Of a DNA stretch of 64,000 nt, positions 27,001-38,948 are shown in pieces (position 1 is the first letter of the stretch; the number at the start of each line of letters is the position of its first letter). Both the position numbers and the translations under genes were made by a program. This DNA comes from Eledone cirrhosa (Eukaryota), in NCBI GenBank assembly GCA_964016885.1, contig OZ024749.1, positions 10,230,001-10,294,000 of the forward strand, written 5' to 3'. The notes beneath the pieces were generated by a model. The model saw only the letters and a program-made list of their open reading frames with translations, ran no database searches and was not told where the DNA came from.

Positions 27001-30000
27001 GGTAAGGTGTCTACTGGGGGCTACTAAGTTAGGGGTCATGGGAACAGGTTGGAGTCAGTAAGGTGTCTACTGGGGGTTAGTAAGGTAGGGGTCATGGGAA
27101 CAGGTTGGAGTCAGTAGGGTGTCTATTGGGGGTTAGTGAGGTAGGGGTCATGGGAACAGGTTGGATTCAGTAAGGTGTCTACTGGGGGTTAGTAAGGTAG
27201 GGATCAGGGGAACAGGTTGGAGTCAGTAAGGTGTCTACTGGGGGTTACTAAGGTAGGGGTCATGGGAACAGGTTGGAGTCAGTAAGGTGTCTACTGGGGG
27301 TTACTAAGGTAGGGGTCATGGGAACAGGTTGGAGTCAGTAAGGTGTCTACTGGGGGTTAGTAAGGTAGGGGTCATGGGAACAGGTTGGAGTCAGTAAGGT
27401 GTCTACTGGGGGTTACTAAGGTAGGGGTCCTGGGAACAGGTTGGAGTCAGTAAGGTGTCTACTGGGGGTTAGTAAGGTAGGGGTCATAGGAGCAGGTTGG
27501 AGTCAGTAAGGTGTCTACTGGGGGTTAGTAAGGTAGGGGTCATAGGAGCAGGTTGGAGTCAGTAAGGTGTCTACTGGGGGTTACTAAGGTAGGGGTCATG
27601 GGAACAGGTTGGAGTCAGTAAGGTGTCTACTGGGGGTTACTAAGGTAGGGGTCATGGGAACAGGTTGGAGTCAGTAAGGTGTCTACTGGGGGTTACTAAG
27701 GTAGGGGTCATGGGAACAGGTTGGAGTCAGTAAGGTGTCTACTGGGGGTTAGTAAGGTAGGGGTCATAGGAGCAGGTTGGAGTCAGTAAGGTGTCTACTG
27801 GGGGTTACTAAGGTAGGGGTCATGGGAACAGGTTGGAGTCAGTAAGGTGTCTACTGGGGGTTAGTAAGGTAGGGGTCATAGGAGCAGGTTGGAGTCAGTA
27901 AGGTGTCTACTGGGGGTTACTAAGGTAGGGGTCATGGGAACAGGTTGGAGTCAGTAAGGTGTCTACTGGGGGTTACTAAGGTAGGGGTCATGGGAACAGG
28001 TTGGAGTCAGTAAGGTGTCTACTGGGGGTTAGTAAGGTAGGGGTCATAGGAGCAGGTTGGAGTCAGTAAGGTGTCTACTGGGGGTTACTAAGGTAGGGGT
28101 CATGGGAACAGGTTGGAGTCAGTAAGGTGTCTACTGGGGGTTACTAAGGTAGGGGTCATGGGAACAGGTTGGAGTCAGTAAGGTGTCTACTGGGGGTTAC
28201 TAAGGTAGGGGTCATGGGAACAGGTTGGAGTCAGTAAGGTGTCTACTAGGGGTTACTACGGTAGGGGACATGGGAACAAGTTGGAGTCAGTAAGGTGTCT
28301 ACTGGGGGTTAGTAAGGCAGGGGTCATGGGAACAGGTTACAGTCAGTAAGGTGTCTAATGGGAGTTAGTAAGGCAGTGGTCATGGGAACAGTTTGGAGTC
28401 AGTAAGGTGTCTACTGGGGGTTAGTAAGGTAGGGGTCATGGGAACAGGTTACAGTCTGTAGGGTGTCTACTGGGGGTTAGTAAGGCAGTGGTCATGGGAA
28501 CAGGTTGGAGTCAGTAAGGTGTCTACTGGGGGTTAGTGAGGTAGGGGTCATGGGAACAGGTTGGAGTCAGTAAGGTGTCTACTAGGGGTTACTAAGGTAG
28601 GGGACATGGGAACAAGTTGGAGTCAGTAAGGTGTCTACTGGGGGTTAGTAAGGCAGGGGTCCGTAGGGGGTCTACAGGGGGTTAGTAAGGTAGGGGTCAT
28701 GGGAACAGGTTGGAGTCAGTCTGGTGTCTACTGGGGGTTAGTAAGGTAGGGGTCATGGGAACAGGTTGGAGTCAGTAAGGTGTCTACTAGGGGTTACTAA
28801 GGTAGGGGACATGGGAACAAGTTGGAGTCAGTAAGGTGTCTACTGGGGGTTAGTAAGGCAGGGGTCCGTAGGGGGTCTACAGGGGGTTAGTAAGGTAGGG
28901 GTCATGGGAACAGGTTGGAGTTAGTAGGGGTCTAATGAGGATTAGTAAGGTAGGGGTCATGGGAACAGGTTAGTCAGTAAGGTGTCTACTGGGGGTTAGT
29001 AAGGTAGGGGTCATGGGAACAGGTTAGAGTCATTAGGAGGTCTAATGGGGGTTAGTAAGGCAGGGGTCATGGGAACAGGTTGGAGTCAGTAGGGGTCTAA
29101 TGGGGGTTAGTAAGGTAGGGGTCATGGGAACATGTTGGAGTCAGTAAGGTATCTACTGGGGGTTAGTAAGGTAGGGGTCATGGGAACAGGTTGGAGTCAG
29201 TAGGGTGTCTACTGGGGGTTAGTGAGGTAGGGGTCATGGGAACAGGTTACAGTCAGTAAGGTGTCTACTGGGGGTTATTAAGGTAGGGGTCATGGGAACA
29301 GGTTACAGTCTGTAGGGTGTCTACTGGGTGTTAGTAAGGTAGGGGTAATGGGAACAGGTTAGTCAGTAAGGTGTCTACTGGGGGTTAGTAAGGTAGGGGT
29401 CATGGGAACAGGTTACAGTCAGTAAGGTGTCTACTGGGGGTTAATAAGGTAGGGGTCATGGGAACAGGTTACAGTCAGTAGGGGGTCTACTGGGGTTTAG
29501 TAAGGTAGGGGTCATGGGAACAGATTGGAGTCAGTAGGGTGTCTACTAGGGGTTACTAAGGTAGGGGACATGGGAACAAGTTGGAGTCAGTAAGGTGTCT
29601 ACTAGGGGTTACTAAGATAGGGGACATGGGAACAAGTTGGAGTCAGTAAGGTGTCTACTGGGGGTTAGTAAGGCGGGGGTCATGGGAACAGGTTGGAGTC
29701 AGTAAGGTGTCTACTGGGGGTTAGCAAGGCGGGGTTCATGGGAACAGGTTGGAGTCAGTAAGGTGTCTACTAGGGGTTACTAAGGTAGGGGACATCGGAA
29801 CAAGTTGGAGTCAGTAAGGTGTCTACTGGGGGTTAGTAAGGTAGGGATCATGGGACAGGTTAGTCAGTAAGGTGTCTACTGGGGGTTAGTAAGGTAGGGG
29901 TCATGGGAACAGGTTGGAGTCAGTAAAGTGCCTACTCGTGGTTAGTAAGGTAGGGGTCATGGGAACAGGTTGGAGTCAGTAGGGTGTCTACTGGGGGTTA

Positions 30001-32609
30001 GTAAGGCAGTGGTCATGGGAACAGGTTGGAGTCAGTAAGGTGTCTACTGGGGGTTCGTAAGGTAGGGGTCATGGGAACAGGTTGGAATCAGTAAGGTGTC
30101 TACTGGGGGTTACTAAGGTAGGGGTCATGGGAACAGGTTGGAATCAGTAAGGTGTCTACTGGGGGTTAGTAAGGTAGGGGTCATGGGAACAGGTTGGAGT
30201 CAGTAGGGTGTCTACTGGGTGTTAGTAAGGTAGGGGTCATGGGAACAGGTTAGTCAGTAAGGTGTCTACTGGGGGTTAGTAAGGCAGGGGTCAGTAGGGG
30301 GTCTACTGGGAGTTAGTAAGGTAGGTGTCATGGGAATAGGTTGGTGTCAGTAGGGTCTCTACTGGGGGTTAGTAAGGTAGGGGTCATGGGAACAGGTTGG
30401 AGTCAGTAAGGTGTCTACTGGGGTTTAGTGAGGCAGGGGTCAGTAGGGCGTCTACTGGGGGTTAGTAAGGTAGGGGTCATGGGAACAGGTTACAGTCAGT
30501 AAGGTGTCTACTGGGGGTTAGTAAGGTAGGGGTCATGGGAACAGGTTAGAGTCAGTAGGGTGTCTACTGGGGGTTAGTAAGGTAGGGGTCATGGGAACAG
30601 GTTGGAGTCAGTAGGGGTCTACTAGGGGTTAATCAGGTAGGGGTCATGGGAACAGGTTGGAGTCAGTAAGGTGTCTACTGGGGGTTAGTACGGTAGGGGT
30701 CATGGGAACAGGTTAGTCAGTAAGGTGTCTACTGGGGGTTAGTAAGATAGAGGTCATGGGAACAGGTTAGAGTGATTATGAGGTCTAATGGGGGTTAGTA
30801 AGGCAGGGGTCATGGGAACAGGTTGGAGTCAGTAGGGGTCTAATGGGGGTTAGTAAGGTAGGGGTCATGGGAACAGGTTGGAGTCAGTAAGGTATCTACT
30901 GGGGGTTAGTAAGGTAGGGGTCATGGGAACAGGTTGGAGTCAGTAAGGTGTCTACTGGGGGTTAGTAAGGCAGGGGTCATGGGAACAGGTTGGAGTCGGT
31001 AAGGTGTCTACTGGGGGCTACTAAGTTAGGGGTCATGGGAACAGGTTGGAGTCAGTAAGGTGTCTACTGGGGGTTAGTAAGGCAGGGGTCATGGGAACAG
31101 GTTACAGTCAGTAAGGTCTCTACTGGGGGTTAGTAAGGTAGAGGTCATGGGAACAGGTTGGAGTCAGTAGGGTGTCTACTGGGGGTTAGTGAGGTAGGGG
31201 TCATGGGAACAGGTTGGAGTCAGTAAGGTGTCTACTGGGGGTTAGTAAGGTAGGGGTCATGGGAACAGGTTGGAGTCAGTAAGGTGTCTACTGGGGGTTA
31301 GTAAGGCAGGGGTCATGGGAACAGGTTACAGTCAGTAAGGTGTCTACTGGGGGTTAGTAAGGTAGGGGTCATGGGAACAGGTTAGAGTCATTAGGAGGTC
31401 TAATGGGGGTTAGTAAGGCAGGGGTCATGGGAACAGGTTGGAGTCAGTAAGGTGTCTACTGGGGGTTAGTAAGGTAGGGGTCATGGGAACAGGTTACAGT
31501 CTGTAGGGTGTCTACTGGGGGTTAGTAAGGCAGTGGTCATGGGAACAGGTTGGAGCCAGTAAGGTGTCTACTGGGGTTTAGTAAGGCAGGGGTCATGGGA
31601 ACAGGTTGGAGTCAGTAAGGTGTCTACTGGGGGTTAGTGAGGTAGGGGTCATGGGAACAGGTTGGAGTCAGTAAGGTGTCTACTAGGGGTTACTAAGGTA
31701 GGGGACATGGGAACAAGTTGGAGTCAGTAAGGTGTCTACTGGGGGTTAGTAAGGTAGGGGTCATGGGAACAGGTTGGAGTCAGTAAGGTGTCTACTAGGG
31801 GTTACTAAGGTAGGGGTCATGGGAACAGGTTGGAGTCAGTCTGGTGTCTACTGGGGGTTAGTAAGGTAGGGGTCATGGGAACAGGTTGGAGTCAGTAAGG
31901 TGTCTACTAGGGGTTACTAAGGTAGGGGACATGGGAACAAGTTGGAGTCAGTAAGGTGTCTACTGGGGGTTAGTAAGGCAGGGGTCCGTAGGGGGTCTAC
32001 TGGGGGTTAGTAAGGTAGGGGTCATGGGAACAGGTTGGAGTCAGTATGGTGTCTACTGGGGGTTAGTAAGACAGGGGTCATGGGAACAGGTTGGAGTCAG
32101 TAAGGTGTCTACTGGGGGTTAGTAAGGTAGGGGTCATGGGAACAGGTTGGAGTCATTAAGGTGTATACTGGGGGTTAGTAAGGTAGGGGTCATGGGAACA
32201 GATTGGAGTCATTAGGGTGTCTACTGGGGGTTAGTAAGGTAGGGGTCATGGGAACAGGTTGGAGTCATTAAGGTGTATACTGGGGGTTAGTAAGGTAGGG
32301 GTCATGGGAACAGATTGGAGTCAGTAGGGTGTCTACTTGGGGTTAGTAAGGCAGGGGTCATGGGAACAGGTTGGAGTCTGTAGGGTGTCTGCTGGGGGTT
32401 AGTAAGGTAGGGGTCATGGGAACAGGTTGGAGTCAGTAAGGTGTCTACTGGGGGTTAGCAAGGTAGGGGTCATGAGAACAGGTTGGTGTCAATAAGGTGT
32501 CTACTGGGGGTTAGTAAGGTAGGGGTCATGGGAACAGGTTGGAGTCAGTAAGGTGTCTACTGAGGGTTAGTAAGGTAGGGGTCAGTAGGGGTCTACTGTG
32601 GGTTAGTAG
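1..32609 (+). repeat. G-rich 56-bp satellite array (>32 kb, roughly 600 monomers; runs off the left edge)
   Basis: Consensus TCATGGGAACAGGTTGGAGTCAGTAAGGTGTCTACTGGGGGTTAGTAAGGTAGGGG (56 nt; e.g. GTCATG at 27315 and 27371). Variants of 53 nt (GGTTAGTCAG) and ~37 nt (lacking CATGGGAACAGGTT) occur. No ORF of 60 aa or more lies within the array. Confidence 0.98.
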
Positions 32610-32734
32610 ACTGACTGGAGCAATAAGTCTTATTTACATGTTTATAGTTTACACATATTTATTTAAGTTTGTTTATCTCCTTTATCACTTGTGGCAGAAT
32701 GCTCAGACACTTGCTCACGAATTTCATAACAATT

Positions 32735-33165
32735 TACATATAGTGTATACCTGTGTTACCTTTGTATTACATATATTATATACCTGTGTTACCTGTGTAT
32801 TACATATAGTGTGTACCTGTGTATTACATATAGTGTGTACCTGTGTATTACATATAGTGTGTACCTGTGTATTACATATAGTATATACCTGTGTATTACA
32901 TACAGTATATACTGTATTACATATAGTGTGTACCTGTGTATTACATATAGTGTGTACCTGTGTATTACATATACTGTATACCTGTGTATTACATACAGTA
33001 TATACTGTATTACATATAGTGTGTACCTGTGTATTACATATAGTGTGTACCTGTGTATTACATATAGTGTGTACCTGTGTATTACATACAGTGTGTACCT
33101 GTGTATTACATACAGTGTGTACCTGTGTATTACATACAGTATATACTGTATTACATACTGTTTAT
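32735..33165 (+). repeat. 24-bp minisatellite (TACCTGTGTATTACATATAGTGTG, with 21-bp variants)
   Basis: About 18 tandem copies; it produces the 8-aa periodic spurious ORFs. Confidence 0.95.
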
Positions 33166-33215
33166 ATATATTTCTCTGTTTATATACCTTTTTTCTTTCT
33201 ATTTTACCACTCAAG

Positions 33216-33376
33216 CGTGTTGTAAGGGCCCAGGTTACCGAACGCCTCTGGAGGCAATGCAGGGTAAAAGAGAGGAGATTATCTATGTGACATGTATAAT
33301 CCCACCAAAGAATCGGAACCGACCTGATTACCTGGCCACTGTTGATGTAAATCCAGAGTCTGCCACTTATGGAAAG
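33216..33376 (+). CDS. SELENBP1: SELENBP1 / methanethiol oxidase, first visible coding exon ((A)[26 protein letters not shown]...[18 protein letters not shown])
   Basis: Pyrimidine tract plus AAG| acceptor and |GTATGT donor. GPGY.TPLEAM and PDYLATVDV are hallmark SBP56 motifs. The exon starts in phase 1. Confidence 0.93.
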
Positions 33377-33605
33377 GTATGTAAAGCAAATGGATTGTCA
33401 GAATCATTTGAACATCAGACTAAAATGATTTGTCATATTTCTTTTAGATCATTTAAATTCAAATTCTGCTATTGGTAAAAATTTAATATATGTAAACAAA
33501 ATGTCCTCGTTTTTTTCTAATATGTATATATATGTATGTTACACATAAATCAAGCCAGAATCAGTTTCCGTATGAGCAAGGCATGGTCAGCCAACAGGAC
33601 AACCC

Positions 33606-33962
33606 ATGTAGTGGGATAGCAGGCAAACTAACAGGTAGGGAAAACTACATATGCAGTAGATGTTCAGGGAAATTTGACAGTAGAAGTGTCAGTGATAGAC
33701 ACATTTTTCAAATGCAGGTGGGATCTATAGAGGTGATTGATAGCTTCCGGTACCTAGATGATCAGATTAGCATGGGAGTAGGGTGCTCTGAGGCCATAGT
33801 GTCTAGAATAAGGATGGGTAGGAAGAAGTTTAGGGAGCTGCTTCCTCTGCTGACAAAGAAGGGTTTCTCCCTGCGTACGAAAGGCCGGTTATATGATGCC
33901 TGTGTGAGATATGTGTGATGTTGCATGGTAGTGAGACATGGGCAGCAACTGCAGAGGATATG
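33606..33962 (+). mobile_element. RTE LINE 3' fragment
   Basis: Translates CSGIAGKLTGRENYICSRC...FRYL...RIRMGRKKFRELLPLL...KGRLYDACVR; it is an inverted homolog of 34673-35027. Confidence 0.85.
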
Positions 33963-34032
33963 TGATGGGTAGGGAGAAATGTCAGTGAACGACCAAGTTG
34001 AGAGAGAAACTGTGTGCAAGAGGGATAAGTTG

Positions 34033-34222
34033 CAAAAAAGCACCCAGCCCACACTGTAAAGTGGATGTGTAGGCGCCACGGAAAAAAAAGTACCCAGCAC
34101 TCGCTGTAAATGAGGTTTGTGTTAGGAAGGGCATCCAGCTGTAGAAATCAAGCCAGAATCAGTTCCCGTCCCACCCTTGCAAGCAGGGAAAAGCGGACGT
34201 AAAATAATGAGGATGATGATAT
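34033..34222 (+). mobile_element. 3' part of an RTE-tailed SINE
   Basis: Near-identical to the 3' half of the 38521-38864 copy; ends GCAAGCAGGGAAAAGCGGACGTAAAAT(GAT)n. Confidence 0.8.
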
Positions 34223-34269
34223 ATATATATATATTCATACATATATACATATATATGCATACATATCAT

Positions 34270-37085
34270 CAATATCATCAACATCATCATCATTTTATGT
34301 CCGCTTTTCCCTGCTTGCAAGAGTAGGACGGGTCTTATTCAGCACAGCATCTCTCCACTCGTCACGGTCCTTCGTCATCTCCACCGTGAACTTCAACGAT
34401 CTGAGGTCTGTTCTCACCACCTCTGCCCATGTTTTTCGTGGTCTACCTCTACCACGTCTTCCTTCAACTGGCATTTCCTGGCACTTCTTCACCCATCGGT
34501 CATCCTCCATGCGCATCACATGTCCATACCACCTCAGTCTCCTCTCTCGCACACTACATTCTATCCCTCTCAAACACAGTTTCTCTCTCAATAGATTCGT
34601 GCTGGGTCGTTCATGCACATTGACATTGCACATCCAACGGAGCATGCTTGCCTCATTTCTCTCCAGCCGTCGCATATCCTCTGCAGTTGCTGCCCATGTC
34701 TCACTACCATGCAGCATCGCGCTCCTCACACAGGCATCATATAACTGGCCTTTCATACGCAGGGAAAAACCCTTCTTCGTCAGCAGAGGAAGCAGCTCCC
34801 TAAACTTCTTCCAACCCGTCCTTATTCTAGATACTATGGCCTCGGAAAACCCCCCTCCCATGCTAATCTGATCTCCTAGGTACCAGAAGCTATCCACCAC
34901 TTCTATAGCACCCACCTGCATTTGAAAATTGTGTCTATCAATGCGACTTCTACTGTCTAATTTCCCTGTACATCTACTGCATACGTATTTCTCCCTACCT
35001 GTTAGTTTGCCTGCTATCCCGCTACATCTCTTGTGTACCCAGGATCTGCATTGTGTGCTTTTTATAGAATTTATGCCAGTTCCTTTTCTGCATATCAAAC
35101 ATGGCCATTTCCCTGACGGAATCAGAGTTTTGTCCTCTTTTCTACTCATCAACACTTTTGTCTTAGCTAGGTTCACTCTCAGTCCTCTTGCTTCCAACTG
35201 CTATTTCCATAGCCAGAATTTATTCTCTAGCTCCTCTACTGATTCTGCTATAAGAACCAGATCGTCAGCATAGAGAAGTTCCGATGGACAGCCAGTCTTA
35301 AACTCCTCTGTTATGGCTTGGAGGACTATAATGAACAAGAGCGGGCTGAGGACCGAACCTTGATGTACTCCTACTTGTACCTGGAATTCCTCACTAAACT
35401 CCATTCCTACTCTGACTTTACTGAGAGTACCTCTGTACAAAGTTTGCACTGTCCTCACAAGCCATTCCTCAACACCTAGTTTCCTTAGGAACCACCAGAT
35501 GACAGATCGGGGTTCCCTATCAAAGGCCTTCTCTAGGTCAACAAAGGCTAAGTATAGTGGCTTATTTTTCTCTAAGAACCTCTCTTGTAATTGTCTCACC
35601 AAGAAGAGGGCATCTGTTGTACTCTTCCCAGGCACAAAACCAAACTGCATCTCATCTAGTTTGACCCTTTCTCTATTTAGTTGTGATAATATCCTTTCTG
35701 CCACTTTCATAACCTGATCCATCAGTTTTATACCCCTATAATTGCTCCTCTCCAGAGCATCCCCTTTACCTTTGTAGCAATTTATGAGAATACTGCTGCA
35801 CCAGTCTTTGGGTATGACACCACCATATATAGCCTGATTGATGATGTGTGCAACCAGTTTAGTGCCTACGTCCCCTGATGCCTTCAGCATCTCAGCAACT
35901 ATCCCCGATGGTCCAGCAGCCTTACCATTTTTCATTTCCTTAATCGCCTCTTGGACCCTATATTCGTCAATCTCAATAGCTGGTCCCTCTGTCGGATCTA
36001 CTGAGGGTAATTTCTCTCTCTTCCATTCGTTCTCCACATTCATCAGTCTCTCATAATGCTATTTCCAGGCCTCCTTTTTCTGATCATTCATGGCACTAAA
36101 TACACCGGCATCATTCCGGACACATTTATCTCCAACAACATTCTGATTTGCATTGACATACTGCCTTATAATGTGGAACACCGCACGCCTCTGATCTTCC
36201 CGTTGCAGAACATTGGCAAACCTCCTACTCTCAACCTCCCTGCGTGCTAAGTACACCTGACATCTAGCTTCTCTCTTAGCGGCTGTATATCCTTCCCTAC
36301 TCCCACCCTTTTTCCAAGCCTTCCATGCTAGTCTTTTGTCTCTAATGGCCTTATCTACTGTACTGTTCCACCACCAGGTCACTCTCTGTCTGGTTGGAGC
36401 TCTGCTCCAGCCACAAGTTTCATCAGTAGCCTGCAGTAAGTTGTTACGTAAGAAATTCCAGTTATTATCTGTCATACGTCTCTAAATCGTCTTCTTTTTC
36501 GTCATACACATCTTGAAGGGCTTTCCTAAATTCGTATTTGAGTGAAAGGTCTTTTAGCTTCCAGACCTTTCTTCTCCACACCTTCCTGTATGTCTCATTC
36601 CATCTCTTGCTTACTGAGATATCACTAACGACTAACCTAAGCTGTGGGGTACATTCTTCCCCAGGGTATGCCTTGGTATTAGACACTACCTGCCTGTCCC
36701 TCTGCCTAACTAGTAAGAAGTCAATCTGGCTTATGTGCTCGCCAGATTTGTAGGTTATTAGGTGGTTGGCAGGTTTCTGGAAGTTAGTGTTGCAAATAGT
36801 CAGTGTACTTGCATCACAAAATTCAAGAAGTCTCACTCCTTCTTCATTTCTTGAGCCGTAACCGTGCCCACCATGTACCCCAGTGTAACCATCCTGCAGC
36901 TGTCCAACATGACCATTGAAGTCCCCTGTTAGCATAACGATGTCTCCGTCCTCTGGATTGCAGTTGTTTGTAAAAGTTGCTCGTAAAAGCAGTTTTTCTC
37001 TTCTTTGCTTAGGCCTGCTTGGGGAGCATAGACCGAGATGATTGTCAGTAGTCTCTTGCCTACGACTAATCTAAGCTTAATTATT
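34270..37085 (-). mobile_element. RTE-clade LINE, 5'-truncated and inactive (AP endonuclease + reverse transcriptase)
   Basis: EN motifs SVYAPQ, GDFNGHVG, QIDFLL. RT motifs QFGF, AFVDLEKAFD, GVHQGSVLSP, YADD. C-terminal RRLRWYGHV...GRPRKTW and an (ATG)n tail. Two in-frame TAG stops (36059-61, 35201-03) and two frameshifts (~36470-36500, ~36940). Confidence 0.95.
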
Positions 37086-37134
37086 GTATATATATGTATA
37101 TATATGTATATAATCATGTGCCTTCATGTATATA

Positions 37135-38190
37135 TATGTTTCGTTTTTTAATTTGTTTTGCGAGATTTCTTATCTGAAAACGTGTGTTGAAACAGATATT
37201 GTTATACTTTGGGAGGGTCATGCTTCAATTTATTATAAGCTCTGGTTGGTTGTTTGGTTGGTTCAATAACCAGATGGTCATTTATATATTGTCAAATCTC
37301 TTTCGTCTCACATTCTGTGATCTCCTCAGTGACTAGGTTTTTATTTTGTGTCTCTCCTTTGTTCTGTCCTACACCATCTTGTTTTTCTGTGTTGCATGCT
37401 TAGTTTGCGCATGCGTTACATCTGTGTGTCCGTGTTTTTTTAATTTATTTGTGTGTTTATTTACTTGTCACTAGTTGGTTGTTTGTTCTATCTGTGTGTG
37501 TCTGATTTGTTTTGTTAGTTTGGTTTTTGTGTGTGGGTGTATGTCTTCATTTTGTCCTTAATTACTAGTTGTGATGTTTCTATTCCATTCATGTTTTCTG
37601 TTTAATTTTGGTTGGAGTTCATTTATATTTGTTGCCTCTGTGATTTGCCTGAGCATTGCATCTTTTCTGTGTGTGGATATAATTTTTATCTCTATGTTCT
37701 CTAATGTGCTTCTGTGTTCTATTTTGGCACGTTGGTGGAGTACTGATGAGTTTTTCCCCATCCTAGAGTTCTCGCTAGTGTTCACTTATTATTTCTCCTA
37801 TGCTACGGGCTGTTTCACCTATGTATGTTATATTCTTATTCCTATACTGTCCCTCAGTACATCTTATGCTATATACTACGTTCCTAGTTTTGCAGTTAGT
37901 TTGCGGGCTTAGCTTGCATACTATACATTTCCTATCAGTGCAGGAGGTTCTTTGAAATGGGTGTTTTACTAATTAGGGGTTTTATGGGAATACCTGGTCT
38001 TTGAAATATCTTAATATTTAATTTGAGCTTGTCTTGGGCCCTTCTAAATCTGTAAGCTAGTTCACCTCTAGGGGTTGTATTGACGAACATTACACTCTGG
38101 TATTTACTGCTATCATACCATGAGTTTATTTTATTTGCCTTTTTCTTAATCCTTTCTATTCTATTCTGTGTTTGTGTTCGCATGGACATA
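37135..38190 (-). mobile_element. Decayed Penelope-like element 3' fragment
   Basis: Remnant peptides SVMFV.TTPRGELA and DAMLRQITEA...LNRKHEW resemble PLE thumb and GIY-YIG C-terminal motifs; many disruptions. Confidence 0.6.
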
Positions 38191-38290
38191 CATACATGTG
38201 TCTGTGTGTGCGTGTGTGTTTGCCTGGACGTAGATGTGTAGCATTTATGAAATTAATCACAATTCCTTTATGTAAAATGTTTCACTTCAG

Positions 38291-38476
38291 GTGGTCCATC
38301 GTCTGAAAATGCCTCACATTGGTGATGAAATGCACCACTTTGGATGGAATACCTGTTCTAGTGCCTGTGAAGATGCTACAAAGAAAAGGGACAAAATGAT
38401 TTTCCCCTGCCTGTTAAGTGACCGTATCTATGTTGTGGATATTAAGGACAATTTGAGAGAGCCCAAGTTATATAAA
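38291..38476 (+). CDS. SELENBP1: SELENBP1 exon (VVHRLKMPHIGDEMHHFGWNTCSSAC...SDRIYVVD...PKLYK)
   Basis: TTCAG| acceptor and |GTAAGT donor, 186 nt, phase 0-0; DE.HH.GWN motif. Confidence 0.95.
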
Positions 38477-38520
38477 GTAAGTTTACATTACCTGTTCTAT
38501 ATTTTGTTTTACTGATATGA

Positions 38521-38864
38521 GGCACATGGCTTAGTGGTTTGAGCATTGGCTTTGCAATCGAAAGGTTGTGAGTTTAATTCTCAGACCGGGTGATGTGTTG
38601 TTTCCTTGAGCAAGACACTTTATTTCACATTGCTCCACTTTACTCAGCTGTAGAAATGAGATGATAGGGACTGGGGTCCCTATCATTCCACTGCAAAGTG
38701 GTCGTGGAGGTGCCACGGCAAAAAAGCACCCAGCACTCACTGTAAATGAGGTTGGTGTTAGGAAGGGCATCCAGCTGTAGAAATCAAGCTAGAATCAGTT
38801 CCCGTCCCACCCTTGCAAGCAGGGAAAAGCGGACGTAAAATGATGATGATGATGATGATGATGA
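38521..38864 (+). mobile_element. Full-length tRNA-derived SINE with RTE-derived tail
   Basis: A-box TGGCTTAGTGG, degenerate B-box GAGTTTAATTC, 3' end matching the RTE LINE 3' end, (GAT)n tail. Confidence 0.88.
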
Positions 38865-38948
38865 TACCAGCTAGTTGGCTGTGGTCATGCAGGAACTGTA
38901 TATAAATAGGAACATGTATGTGTATATATATATAAATATATATATATA

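Noticed and set aside
1-32609. Telomeric origin (GGGTTAG in each monomer)
   Set aside because: Only about one TTAGGG-permuted unit per 56 bp and no tandem (TTAGGG)n; expected by chance in such G/T-rich sequence.
32539-33290. ORFs of 141-228 aa
   Set aside because: Translations of the 24-bp minisatellite.
35201-36061. Both RTE in-frame stops share the context TGG AAA TAG CA (readthrough or A-to-I recoding?)
   Set aside because: The element is also 5'-truncated with two frameshifts, and Glu/Gln rather than Trp is expected at these positions; most likely ordinary nonsense mutations.
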